Shown here piece after piece: positions 1-12,599 of a stretch of 64,000 bases of DNA; position 1 is the first letter of the stretch, and the number at the start of each line of letters is the position of its first letter. Source of the DNA: Thalia democratica. Lineage: Eukaryota. The position numbers were made by a program, and so were the translations under genes. The notes under the pieces are model-generated. The model saw nothing but the letters and a program-made list of their open reading frames with translations, did not search any database and was not told the DNA's origin. The stretch lies in contig OZ241830.1 in assembly GCA_965202585.1 (NCBI GenBank), positions 52,018,001-52,082,000 of the forward strand, written 5' to 3'.

Positions 1-51
1 AACTCTATAGGTATATTGAAGTTGCCTACTTTTATACGTAAATATTTACAA

Positions 52-609
52 TGTCGCTATCCGGGTCTACTTATACACTTTTATTGGCCTGGTTTATAAC
101 GCAACGTGCGCTCTAACTTGTATAATAGAAGTCCCCAAGATAACGCTTAAATTATAGTTGACTTAAATAAACTAATATGAACTACTTACTATTTACTAAA
201 TGTTTAATAATTCAGTTACTTATACTAATTTAAACTGAGTTCGAATTTGTGATCATGATTATATTTACAATGAATTTGCGAAACGAAAAGATGATAAAAT
301 ACTGCACAACATTACACTAATAAACCAAATTATCAATTCTTTTATAGACGACAATCTCGAATAAAAGAAACTAAACACTAAATGTTTAAACCAAACTCAA
401 AAAGTATTCTAAAATTGAAATCAATTCGACAACAAGATTGAAACCATTAAAACTTAAGTGCAGCGAAAAGCTGCACTGAGTTCAGACCGCTGCAATGCAG
501 TAGAAAACTAAAAGAACTGAACTGTAAATTACTCGCGATTATTGAATTTATACTCGCTTGAGAAAAAAGAAGAAAGTAAAAAAGAGACAATTACCGCGTA
601 AGCGGTACA
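52..609 (-). repeat. 3' LTR of element 52-3378
   Basis: 558-bp copy of 2813-3378 with TG...CA termini. Confidence 0.92.
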
Positions 610-620
610 TTTTCTCCTCT
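610..620 (-). other. Polypurine tract
   Basis: Minus-strand AGAGGAGAAAA directly abuts the 3' LTR. Confidence 0.8.
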
Positions 621-917
621 TACCTTCGTACTTTAAGAATTTATTCTTGGTTTTCCGAAAAAAACAACCATAAATTTTATTCATTAACACTTGTAAGAAT
701 GCTTTAAACTCCCTATATAGAAAAATTAACGAAAAACGACCGCCGACTTTTATCTCCTTAGTTTAAAAAGCATTAATTTAAAATACACAAAATTAATAAA
801 AGTATGATACAGTTTTCAAAATGACAGACAAATGTAAAGAATTTAAAAAATTTCTTCGCTGCTGGAACTCGCTCCGCCCTTGTACATCTCCACGTCGTTT
901 GACCGGTTTATGCTGAT

Positions 918-1304
918 CCGTCTCCTCGCCTCACCTAACGGTCTGTTGGCGCTACGGATTCCGTCTCCTCGCCTCACCTAACGGTCTGTTGGCGCTACGG
1001 ATTCCATCTCCTGGCCTCACCTAAACTGTCTGTTGGCGCTACGGAATCCGTCTCCTTGCCTCACCCAGCGGTCTGTTGGCGCTACGGATTCCGTCTCCTT
1101 GCCTCACCCAGCGGTCTGTTGGCACCACGGAATCCGTCTCCTTGCCTCACCCAGCGGTATGTTGGCGCTACGGAACCGTCTCCTTGCCTCACCCAGCGGT
1201 CTGTTGGCGCCACGGAATCCGTCTCCTTGCCTCACCCAGCGGTCTGTTGGCGCCACGGAATCCGTCTCCTTGCCTCACCCAGCGGTCTTTTGGCGCTACG
1301 GAAT
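918..1304. repeat. GC-rich tandem array, 9 units of about 43 bp
   Basis: Unit CCGTCTCCTTGCCTCACCCAGCGGTCTGTTGGCGCTACGGAAT. Units are 42-44 bp. The overlapping ORFs cycle with a 43-aa period, as expected for 3 x 43 nt. Confidence 0.95.
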
Positions 1305-2797
1305 CCTCTGATCCGTCTCTCAATACATCTCCTCTTTCATCTCCTCGTTCCTCACCTAGTACATAAGTCTCCTCTACCGCTCCTCGCCGATTCGTTTCTC
1401 GAGCCGTTCGTGCGAAAGTGCAATTAGAATGTACGTCACTACTTGATATCAATTTTAAAAACAACTTAAAACATTAAAAGATAAAAAAATTCAATTTACA
1501 AACTTATATGCTACTAGTTAGCAACAACATTACATTAATCAATTAGTCTATTTAATTTTTAACTTTAAAGTTTGTTAAGTTTCAAAGTAATTGAGAAACA
1601 TTTTTGGCTCCAATCAATATACAGTAATTCTCTACAAGATTTAAAATAAAAAGCATTTCACATTTTACACGAATTAGTTGACAAAACAAGCGTTCACATG
1701 CGTCTCAAAAGTTTAAACTTCTTTTCGTAAAAATATAGCCAGTGAACTTGTACTGATTTTGAAAACTTTAATATTCTAACAAATTTTAAACAAAATTGTT
1801 TTTTATTTTCAGATTTTAAATACCGGGTTAGACATTTAATAGCTCGAATGACCTCGTTAAAATTTATTTTTTGTAAGTACGGCTAGCTTTAAAACAACAA
1901 AAAACATGCCAATAAAGTTTGTTACAAGCAATTAACAAGGTCATTGTAAAAAAAAAACTTTAAACATTATAGTTTAAAGTTTGAACATGACATTGTTGCT
2001 AAATATAAAACTAAATTAAGTTTAATAAATTTAAGAAATTTCACTTCAATAACCGATTATGCACTCGAAAACAAGTTTTAATAACCTCATACAAATATTT
2101 TTACAAGGACGAACGAAAAACAACAATGTTTTTACATGCAGTTTAAAAAGTTTATTATCCATTATAGTTCAAATTAAACCGATTGTTTGAAAACAAAGCA
2201 ATTAAACTTTACAGTTGCTAACTTTTATAGACGTTTAAAATTCTTTATGTTGTACGAAAGTTTTATTATTAGAAGCCTTTAGTTTCATTTTAATTTTTAG
2301 CGAACATTTCTCTTTTAACAAAATGTTTAAAACGATTAAACTATATTTAATTAATTTGACGCGACGGCGGAACAACTTGAAAACAAGACTTTTATTTCAA
2401 CTTGCTCGTACAAGATTTAAAATACACTTTAAAAAACGCTTCAACGATGAATTGCGATAATATCATACCCCACAAATACATTTTAGTTCTAACACATGTC
2501 GATTAGCCTTTCCCAAACCACTTTAACATAAAATCAAACACAATAAAACTAATTACCATTAGAAAAAACAACTCAAATCTATCACAAACTCGAACTACTT
2601 AGTTGTTTTTCCAACTAGAAATTTCAAACTCATTTTTATAAATTTTACCAACCTGTTGACTAGGTTAAATAAATGCCATAAAGTTTCTCAAATTTATACT
2701 ATTATTAAATCAGGTTTATTCCACTCTGTCCCCATCTAAAAAAACGTAGAAATTTTAATGAAGGTATCTGTGTTCAACTCCAGCTATAAATAACTGG

Positions 2798-2812
2798 ACG
2801 TCCGGGTCATCA
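2798..2812 (-). other. Primer-binding site, tRNA-Trp type
   Basis: TGATGACCCGGACGT directly follows the 5' LTR. It matches 13/15 nt of the classic tRNA-Trp PBS TGGTGACCCCGACGT. Confidence 0.75.
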
Positions 2813-3378
2813 TGTCGCTATCAACAAAAGGTTTCTACTTATACACTTTTATTGGCCTGGTTTATAACGCAACGTGCGCTCTAACTTGTATAATAGAAGT
2901 CCCCAAGATAACGCTTAAATTATAGTTGACTTAAATAAACTAATATGAACTACTTACTATTTACTAAATGTTTAATAATTCAGTTACTTATACTAATTTA
3001 AACTGAGTTCGAATTTGTGATCATGATTATATTTACAATGAATTTGCGAAACGAAAAGATGATAAAATACTGCACAACATTACACTAATAAACCAAATTA
3101 TCAATTCTTTTAAAATACGACAATCTCGAATAAAAGAAACTAAACACTAAATGTTTAAACCAAACTCAAAAAGTATTCTAAAATCGAAATCAATTCGACA
3201 ACAAGATTGAAACCATTAAAACTTAAGTGCAGCGAAAAGCTGCACTGAGTTCAGACCGCTGCAATGCAGTAGAAAACTAAAAGAACTGAACTGTAAATTA
3301 CTTGCGATTATTGAATTTGTACTCGCTTGAGAAAAAAGAAGAAAGTAAAAAAGAGACAATTACCGCGTAAGCGGTATA
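2813..3378 (-). repeat. 5' LTR of element 52-3378
   Basis: 566-bp copy of 52-609. Confidence 0.92.
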
Positions 3379-3749
3379 ACAATATCTATAAAATAGATTT
3401 TTTTTTAATAAATTTCTTTATAGTATCTTTCGCACGTTGCTTGTGGTTGGTCTGATGGACCAGGTTGGCTACGGTGCGAAGAGTGTGAGTCAACACCCCT
3501 TTTGTTAATCCCTCTGTTTATATTACGTTGGCTACAGCGAGTTTCGGGGTTGTTGACCTTGTCTAAAGTATGATGTATGTTCTCTTTAGAGAACATACTA
3601 TCCTTTTTGGTGGGCTTGGATCTGTTACTCATTGTGCTATACCAAGAGTTAGGTGTGGCCCACTAGTTTATTTCAAAATTAATTAAATTTGGTTTGTAAA
3701 TTTCAGAGATTTATAAGAGTACCAAAAGCTGCTTGCTACTTTAATTAAT

Positions 3750-4025
3750 TATCAACAACAAAGCTTATTTATTCAATTTTATGTAAAACCAAATTACAGA
3801 TAATTTCAATATAATTAAGTATTAACACCAAAGTTTATTTATTCAAATTTATGTAAAACCAAAGTACAAATAACTTCAATTTAATTTTATTAACAGCAAA
3901 GTTTATTTATTCAAATTTATGCAAACCAAAGTAAAATTAACTTCAATTTTATTTTATCAACAGCAAAGTTTATTTATTCAAATTTATGCAAACCAAAGTA
4001 AAATTAACTTCAATTTAACTTTATT
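3750..4025. repeat. AT-rich tandem repeat, about 4 units of 67-70 bp
   Basis: CAAAGTTTATTTATTCAAATTTATG...CTTCAATTT recurs near 3760, 3830, 3898 and 3965. Confidence 0.8.
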
Positions 4026-5049
4026 AGAAATATCAATTTAAGAGACAGAACTAAAAATAAGAGATTAATAACAATACTCACAATTTAGCACATAGAAAAG
4101 TTAAGCTTAAACTGCCACACATCTAATAATCTCAATATAAGGCGGCAATTTAGAAAGTTAACAAATTAAAAAAAACCCTAACTAGAGAAAACTCTTTTGC
4201 TGAACTTAATTTATAGCCAGAGGCGTTACAATAGCATTTAATTAAAGCCCATAAAGGAAAGGAAATTTTATTTTCACTGTGGTGTTCTAAGCATATAGAA
4301 AAAAAAATAACTATATTTCACCTTATTTCTTAAGCAATTTATGTCCTGGACAGGACTTTAAGAGGTATCCAAGTGGTGTACGACTCATAAATTAAAAATT
4401 TCTTTGTGCACTAGGTCTTCGGACCAAATATTTTGAGAGTCTTATTTGTCGTTCAATGAACTATATATTTACCTCAGATTTTTATGAAGTGACCCTTGCA
4501 TTACAAGGAAAAATATATCTATAAAATTTAAATAAAAGTATTTTTTACTTTTATTGATCCCATGAAACTTTTACAATAAAAACTGAGAAGTTAGTTTTCA
4601 AAAGGTCTAATATCAAAAGAAGTGTATGATTCTACCAGACCTTTTGGCTCACAGCGTCATAAGTTGTATGGACTCCCAAAAAGTTCTAGACAATGACGTT
4701 AAACTGTATCCAAGTGGTGTACCGTGTACGTCTCGATAACTGAAAAAGTTCTTTCGTACACCAGGTCCTCAAAAAAGAAATTCCACTAAGACCTATCTTA
4801 TTTATGACTAAATCACCACAGTCAAATTTAGTTACCTTTTTAATTTCCGTTTTATGACAAGTATTAGAAAAATTTCTGAAAAGCTTAAATCCTTCCCAAC
4901 CAAACAACTTTATGTTAAACTTTCGTTTTAAATAAGAAGTTTGTTTACAAACGCTCCACTAGATGATGTATTAATCATTTTTTAGATCATTTGTACAATT
5001 TTGAATTACTTTCACCTCCTTTCCGAAGATCTATTTATAATGATATGTT

Positions 5050-5960
5050 ATGTATGGCCACGAAAAATGTACAATTTAGTTTCAATAATCTCATGTTTCG
5101 TTAAATTGATGGCGTAGTGATGGGAAGCCCTTAAGGCCCTATTCTTGCTAACATTTTTGTCGGTTATTATGAAAATAGTCTTCTTTCATTAGATATCAAT
5201 AAGCCACTTGCTTAGGTATGTCGATGATGGTTTTGCTAATTTTCCTTTTAAAAACAATTTCAATAACTTTTTTACTTTGCTAAATAAGAGACACAAATGC
5301 AGATTTTTTACCGTTGAAAAAGAAATTTCCGGAAAATCTCATTTTTTAGATATAAATGTTACTATAAACAGCAACAAAGTTACTGGAATGGTTTTTGCCC
5401 ATTAAACAAAAATTGAAGATCATACAATGCATAACCAACAGAGCTATTAAAATTTGCATGGCCGAGTGCTTGGATTTAGAACTGGACAGTATTTACAAAA
5501 TTTTATCACATTAGATTACCCCAAAACCGTCATAAGAAGACAATTAAGGTAACTCTATACAAAATGATACCCTCTTTTAACCCATATCCTCGTCCAGTCT
5601 ATCTCCGCCTTCTTTATATGGGTTAAAACTCAATAAAGTTGGCTAAGCAAGCTTCATTAGCTACAAAATTTACCTTTAAAAGCGTATCTTATTGTTGTGT
5701 ACAACACCAATCACCCACTTGACGGAACTGTAAAAGATGCCACACCTACCCATAATTTAAGTAATGTAGGAAACATGATTAAATGTTATTGCGGAAATGA
5801 CTACGTATGTCGAACATCTCAACGTTTCCACTTCAGGCGTGAGCAGCATGTCACAAAAAAGCTAAAAAGGTTGGGTAGTTTTTTTCGAGCAATATTCAGA
5901 ACTTTTCATGTGTATAATTGCAGCTATTTTGCAAAAAAAAAGGCTCCAATATTTCGATGA
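5050..5960 (+). mobile_element. Decayed PLE (Penelope/Poseidon-type RT plus GIY-YIG)
   Basis: Broken motifs QFSFNN..DGVVMGSP..PILANIF, RYVDD, FTVEKE..FLDI, then CYCGNDYVCRTSQRF..R..QHV. Confidence 0.85.
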
Positions 5961-5999
5961 CGTCATAGCATATTTTGGGTAGTTTTGATTTTAAAATTA

Positions 6000-6789
6000 C
6001 AGTAACCTCTCGGATCTTTACGCACTCGTGACGTTACGCACTCTCGTTTAGTTACGCATTTCAGAATTCTATAAAATTCAGAAAATTAAAAATTTAATTT
6101 TTTTTAATATTGCACAAATTAGGTTTAATGTATATTTTTAAATAAAAATATGTTTTTGAATGTTAACACACCTCTCTATATCTTTAGACTTTGTATTTTT
6201 TTTTTCCTTGACTAATTAATAAACATCTAGTTATACCTCAGTATATCAGAAATTTTGTTAACAATAAGAGATTAAATCAAAATTCTGAAATAAACATGAC
6301 TGTGTTTAATAATGAAAGTATAATGAGTATAATGAAATAATGAGAGTTTAAAATACAAAGAAATAAAACAGCAGTCTTGCCCTATATATTAATAAACACC
6401 ATTTAATAATTGTAAAGAAATGCTTAATTATAAATTGAATTTGCTAACTAAAATAGAATATAAATGTCACATATATATAAAGATAAAGATAGTTTCTACT
6501 TATTATTGAAATAGTAAAATTAATTATACTTGTATTATTATTATTTTTTAGAAATTCAAATCCTTTTTTTAATATATGTATAGTTTTATCTGTTGTTTTC
6601 ATATTTATAAATGAAGTAAACAAATAGTTAAAAGTGGAAAGTGCCCAGTCTGCTTTTAACTAGAAGCAATATTAAAAAAACAGCCATTATAGTGAGTATA
6701 TTTGGTACCTCTCGTTTCTTTACGATCTCTCATAACTTTACGCACTTTTTCTGTGGACACAATGTGCGTAAATAAGCGAGAGGTTACTG
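6000..6789. mobile_element. Tc1/mariner (pogo-like) MITE
   Basis: TIR CAGTAACCTCTCG...TTTACGCAC at both ends, flanked by TA (5998-5999 and 6790-6791). Confidence 0.8.
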
Positions 6790-7255
6790 TATACAAAAAA
6801 GTTGTAAAAATACGTCGCGCTGAAAAGTAAATTGAAGAGTTTTACATTTAAAAATTCTATAATAGATGGCTTCATTAAAAGTCGTACTGCTAGTTTTTGG
6901 AGCTTTATTTTTGTAAACACAAGTACAACGTCTCTGTTTATAAAAAATACCAGGGTTCGTGCGCGAAATTTTTTTCATTTAGCCTGACTGAGACAAATTT
7001 AGCCTGACATTTTTTCAAAGTAAGGAAAATCCTCTCAAGAAGTTATTTTAGGTATTAGGGAGTCTTGATTTGTACTATTGTAGTCTCCGAATTCAACCAG
7101 CTTTATCTCAATTATATTTTGAGCTTTAAAAATCTGCAAAATACAATTCATAGCTTAGTTACAACTCAATTGAATAAGGCTAAATTTAAAAAAGGTGATT
7201 GACCCCCCCCCCCTTATAAGATAACAAATTCAGTGATAAGTTTTATGGTATGTGT

Positions 7256-9538
7256 CAGGGGCGTCGCGTGGGGTGTTGCACTGCCGCAACTGCACCACCT
7301 TGAAATTTTGTAAGAAAAAAAAAAGTATCTATAACGTTTTCGTTATTTTTTTGAACGAAATCTCTTTTAAAACTTCAGTTTTGAAAACGACCATTTTGCC
7401 CACTTTACTGCCGCAAACTCTTAGCTGACTGCCGCAAATGAACTCAAAAAAGCAAAATGTCTTCAAGAATTACCGCAAAATCAATATCTTGCGGTAAGTA
7501 AGCTAAGTTGAAAATTCCCTAAAACAGGACTGCTTAAGTATCATCTACAAGCTATTGTAAACATAAAATAAAAACAAAGCTAAGCTACTGCAAAGGATTA
7601 AACTTGAGTTTATGTACCCACATGATTTTTTAAATTTAACAGATCACTTCTATTAAAAGATTTGTCATAAATTGCATATTTTGAAAAAAAGATAAAAACC
7701 CTAAATCACCAAAGTCTTAAAAATTTGATTTTTTATTTTAATCTGCATACATAAACTTAACTATAACTGATTATTGTTATCATAAAGTTAATAAAATAAA
7801 TAATAAAACTTAAGTTCTGAAAAAAAGAATTAAGAAGTTTATTATAAACTTCTAGTTCACTCTTACAGAAAAATATTTTAGGTTTATATTAAATAAAAAA
7901 TAGTATTATTTAAACAATCACATATTTAAATAAAGTAAATAGCCTTAACTTAGAAACTTTGATTACTTAAAGTAGTTTAACATTTTAGGAAAATTTAGTC
8001 TACCTCTACTTTATATGACTTTTGGTTTAGTTTTTTCATAAACAAAGCAAAAAAAATAGATAAAATTGTTGAAACATGGTTGCCTTGCCTCATAATCAGG
8101 ATAACTTAGAAATGTTAAAAACTGAAGATGACCCAATATAAATTAAAACAGACCAAATTAGAAAAATATTCAGGCTGACTAAAGCAGTTTTAATTTTTAC
8201 TCTGAAAATAACAAGCTTATTTAAAATTAAAAATAAGTGTTTTACTCCTATGGCCACATGAAAACTAACTAACCAAATTTTTACTTCTATAATGGTTACA
8301 TATTTATAAGTTATCTTTAAAATTTATGAAAAATTCAACAGCCTCACAACTAAACTTAAAAAAGTTGAGCTCCTGACAAAAATACTGTCATCAAAATGAA
8401 AAAGAAATTAAAATTATGTAAAGAAAAGATACCCTTAAAAACCTATTGAATTTTAAAACTCCAACAAAAAACATTAAAATTAGAAAAAAAGTTTATAAAA
8501 ATTTTAATGTTTGTAAAAAAAAAAGTGCAAATTAGTAAGGGGGGAGGGTGTATAGGCACTTTTTTACATGTTGTTCTTATTTTAACTTTTTCAGAAAGGC
8601 TAATAGTTACTCTTTAATAAACTTGAAATTTCCAATTAAGCTTTTAGTTACAACCAGTCAAAGCCAGAGAGTACAATGATTTATTATACAAGGAGCAAAC
8701 CAAAACAGCAAAAAATACAATTTTACTGAAAACCTATATTCTCCATCATTTTTAAAACAATTTTTAATTAAACTTTTTCATCCTAATTTTGATAAAATTT
8801 TATACTTTTGTTGAAGAGAAGTTTTAAATTTTTAAGTATCAATATATATTTTTATATATACAAAAAAAAAACTTTTGTTATAACTTTTTTTTTTGGTGTT
8901 TTAAATTTCTAATTTAGCAATTTTTTTTTGTTTTATAAAAGAAACATCTAAAGATTTTGAGGCCAACTTATAAAAAAAAGATATGATTTTAGTGATTTGA
9001 TTTATTTGTTGTTTGAGTTTATATTATAAAAATAAGGATTCATTTGTACCTCTGACTGTGAATTATCATATCTCAAAAATTTTAATGAATTTTTAATATT
9101 GATAAAAGATGACTTGTAGTTAAATTAAAACTGTATAAAGTAATTTCAGTAAAATAATTCTAAAGTAGATGTTAAGGGCATAAAGGGGAGGAGGGGGGGG
9201 GGGAGTTAAAACATTTTTTTAAACACTGTTTTAGTTTGTGCCTCCCATTATGAACCTTTTGTTGCCTTTGACTTTGACCGGCTATATCTTAAAACATGTA
9301 CTGAATTTTTAAAATCTGTAAAATGCATCTTGTAGCTTAGTAAAAACTACATAAAATAAGATCAAATTGTGAAAAAAGTGTTTTATCCCCCCTATGCCCT
9401 TAAAAGCAAAGCTTATCTTCAGGTGTAGCAAAAGTTCAGTTGTTTTCAAACTTGACAGTAAAAATATGTTTTTATTAAAATAATTGATTCTTTTTTTAAT
9501 TCTGCACCACCTAAAAAAAATACCACGCGACGCCACTG
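7256..9538. mobile_element. Non-autonomous hAT element, copy 1
   Basis: TIR CAG(G/T)GGCGTCGCGTGG. Almost identical to 20739-23020. The flanks (GTATGTGT / CACAGTAC) do not form a TSD. Confidence 0.9.
9176..9399. mobile_element. Kolobok-like MITE nested in hAT copy 1
   Basis: TTAA-GGGCATA...TATGCCC-TTAA. Purine-rich 5' termini with a TTAA TSD are the Kolobok pattern. Confidence 0.7.
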
Positions 9539-11380
9539 CACAGTACCCAGCCTATTGTTGCCTTTATGCATGAGGACATTTCGTGCTTGGTATTGAAATT
9601 GCTGTGTATCTTTATGAAAGACGGGACAGTTTCGAACCTCGGCCTTCCCAAGTTTGACATGAATGATCAAGCTTCCCTAAAACCTGCCCTTGATCTTGGT
9701 TGCGCAGCAACTAATTTGCTTTAAAATTTGAGGAAAAAATGACCTAGTTGAGGAACAAAAAGTCTTATATTTTAATAAAGAATGTAGAGTACTTGTTATA
9801 AAAGCCGTTGAAAGTCTATTGGCTATTGGAACTACATTTTTTTAAAATATGTCATGCCTAAATCCTCATAACCTAGACAAATTAGGAGTCACAGTTCTGG
9901 TTAAGCGTTTTGTCAATATTGACATTGTGCACTCCTTAACAAAACAAAAATTGTGCTCCAACACTGAAGGTGATGAGAGCCTCGATCAATTTAGAACTTT
10001 GATAAATTGCTCAATGAATGTATTAAAATTTAAAAGCTTCAAGCGAAGTCAAGATCGTTTGGACCAGTTTTATTTTGAAACATTGGGAGTTTGTACCAAG
10101 TCTTTTCTCAGAAAACTGTTGCAATCATTGTTTGTTTTGCACAATGGACAGGCGGAGTTGGAAGGAGGGTTTAGTATTAACAATGCTCTGCTTGAAGATA
10201 ACATGAAAGAAGAAAGTATTAAATCCAGAAGAAGAATTGAAAATTATATGTATGCTTACAAACTAGAACCATATCAAGTAAACGTCTCGCAAGATATGCA
10301 GATTTCGGTAGCCACCGCAAGATCAAGGTATGTTGTATTTTTTAGAGTGTTACGGTTTAGTGTTAAAGTAATATTTTATAATTAAAATTCATTTAAATTA
10401 CTTTTAATTAATTTTTTTTTCTAAATCAGATATCAAGCATTTTTAAAAGAACAAAGACAGGAAGAGATAGAGGATGAGGAGGAATCAGAGGCAGCAAAAT
10501 TGGAGGTAAAAATAAATGAGTGCCAAAAGAAAAGAAATGAAGCCCACAAATTGCGGCTTGATTTAGAGAAAAAAATTTCTTCAACATGTGTAGGGACAGC
10601 AGATGAGAGCGATTTAAATAAAATGAGGCAAATGAAGCGGAACGCAGACCAGATGAAGGAAACCATATCTTCATTAGATTAGATGAAGAGGTTGAAGTGC
10701 TAATAAAAAAAAGGAAAAAATAAATTTTTGTACATACATTTAAAAAAACATTAACTTCTTTATTGTTTTAATATTTTAACAGTAAAAGTTCGTTATTGTT
10801 TTAAGGTTTGAGTTGTGAAAGTTCCTTATTGATTAAAGGTTTTAATTGTAAAAGTTCCTTATATGTCGTTTCGTTTATTTAGATACATTTATGCTAGAAA
10901 ATTCTAAAAAAAATGAATTCTTTGTTGTTTTAAGGTTTCAACTGTAAAAATTTGTTATTGTTTTAAGATTTTAGTTGTGAAAGTTCGTTATAAATTCAAG
11001 GTTTTAATTGTAAAAGTTCCTTATATGTCGTTTGTTTATCTAGATACATTTATGCTAGGAAATGCTAAAAAATGTGTCTTTTTTCAGACAAGCTGTGTTT
11101 ATATAGTAATAATACAAGTATTTTGCTAGTAGAGCTGTTTATTACAAACATCAATCATACCAGATGGTTTAAGTGATGTACTGGAAGTTTGATGATAGAA
11201 TTCAGCAAAAAAAAGTTGTTTATAACCTGTATTAAAATTAGATTGAAAGCTGTATATATTTTCAAGTGTTAGATTATGTATTTTAGAATAAGTTTAATTT
11301 AAGAGTTTGATTTAGAAAAGTCAGGAAAATTTTGGTAAAAATTCAGGAAATTTTTCTCAGCTTGATCAGTGGCAACCATG
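9539..11380 (+). mobile_element. 3' half of a decayed hAT-type transposon (transposase C-terminus plus right TIR)
   Basis: Broken ORF including LFVLHNGQAELEGGFSIN, homologous to HNGQASVERGFS at 45384-45998. It ends GTGGCAACCATG, close to the reverse complement of CAGGGTTGCCAC. Confidence 0.75.
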
Positions 11381-12599
11381 TTTAGTTCAATTGTAAAAAA
11401 AATATCTGAGTTAGTCTATTTTAACTTTTGACTATATAATTAAAAGTAAATCATGGTTACATACTTAACTGTTTATTTTATAAAATTAGAATTGTGTTTT
11501 TTTATGATCTATAACTGTCAGTAAACATTTCAATTAGATTTTCTAGTGCTAATTTTTTGTTTGAATATCAAGTAGTATTAATATTGATAACCGAAAATTG
11601 CTTATTTTAAACAGGATTACGTAGGACTAATGATATTTCAATTTTTTGTTATACTAAAGATTGTATGTTTTAGATTTATATACCTGTTTTTAATTTTTCT
11701 TAATTTTTCAACACATAAAACGGAAGAAATTATTTGTTTTTATATAAAATTTTTTTAAGTTTTAAAAGTATAATAGATAGATGTTTTGTTTTCTGCTTTT
11801 AAAAAAATAAATAAAAAATTTTTTCAAAATATGTTTGGATTATTTTCAATACTTAAGATAACTAGTGAATTTTTTATTGTCTTTTATAATAAAATATGAA
11901 TCTTATACATTTAGGTAAATATAACGTTTTTTGTTAATTTTTGTGTGTTAACATAATTTAAACTAATAATTTTTTAACAAATGCGAAAGTGTTTCATTTC
12001 TTTATTTATTAAAAAAAATTACAGGAGATACTTATTTTTGAATACAACTAAAGTTAACTTTGAATTCGATTTTAAGTTTATAGTATAATAAAATGTTATA
12101 GTTATAATTGAATAAATTTACAGTTTTATCTTAAGCTTTAACTAAAAATAAGAGCAAGTAATAAAATTTGTTAAAGTAAATTTTAGAACCCTTATGGCTT
12201 GTTTGAAGTATTATTTAAATAACTATGATAAACAGCTTACAATAAATTAAAACTTTACTAGCTTTTTGTTTTTAAACAAAATGAGAGTAGTCTCTTTAAA
12301 TTTAATTTAAAACTAAATTGGTTATTTATGCCTTATTTTAGTTTATCTATACACATCACATTATCGGCTTTAATTATTATATTAACTGGTCAAGTATGTT
12401 TAATACAAAAATCATAACATAAAGGAAGTCTTATTGTATCATGTTAAATAAGTTTCAAATGTATAATTTCAAAATTAATAGTAATTAAAGTTTAATTAGT
12501 ATTCTTCTGTAGTTATAACTTCGTAAATAAGTTTATAAAGTACACATGACTCAAAGAAAATTACACATAAATTGAAAACGACCCACTTTATAATTGTAA

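Larger units (their letters stand above)
52..3378 (-). mobile_element. Non-autonomous LTR retrotransposon (Gypsy-like, 4-bp TSD), no recognisable gag/pol
   Basis: Near-identical direct repeats at 52-609 and 2813-3378 (plus strand TGT...ACA / TGT...ATA). TSD ACAA at 48-51 and 3379-3382. The PBS and PPT positions place the element on the minus strand. Confidence 0.92.

Noticed and set aside
918-1304. CRISPR-like array
   Set aside because: The units are contiguous with no unique spacers, there are no cas genes, and the context is eukaryotic LTR sequence.
1033-1427. Three overlapping ORFs of 92-123 aa
   Set aside because: They arise from the stop-poor 43-bp repeat, and the same peptide cycles through all three frames.
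4686-4907. ORF with KFDCGDLV resembling a Gypsy integrase C-terminus
   Set aside because: The single short motif has no supporting upstream integrase core or LTR.
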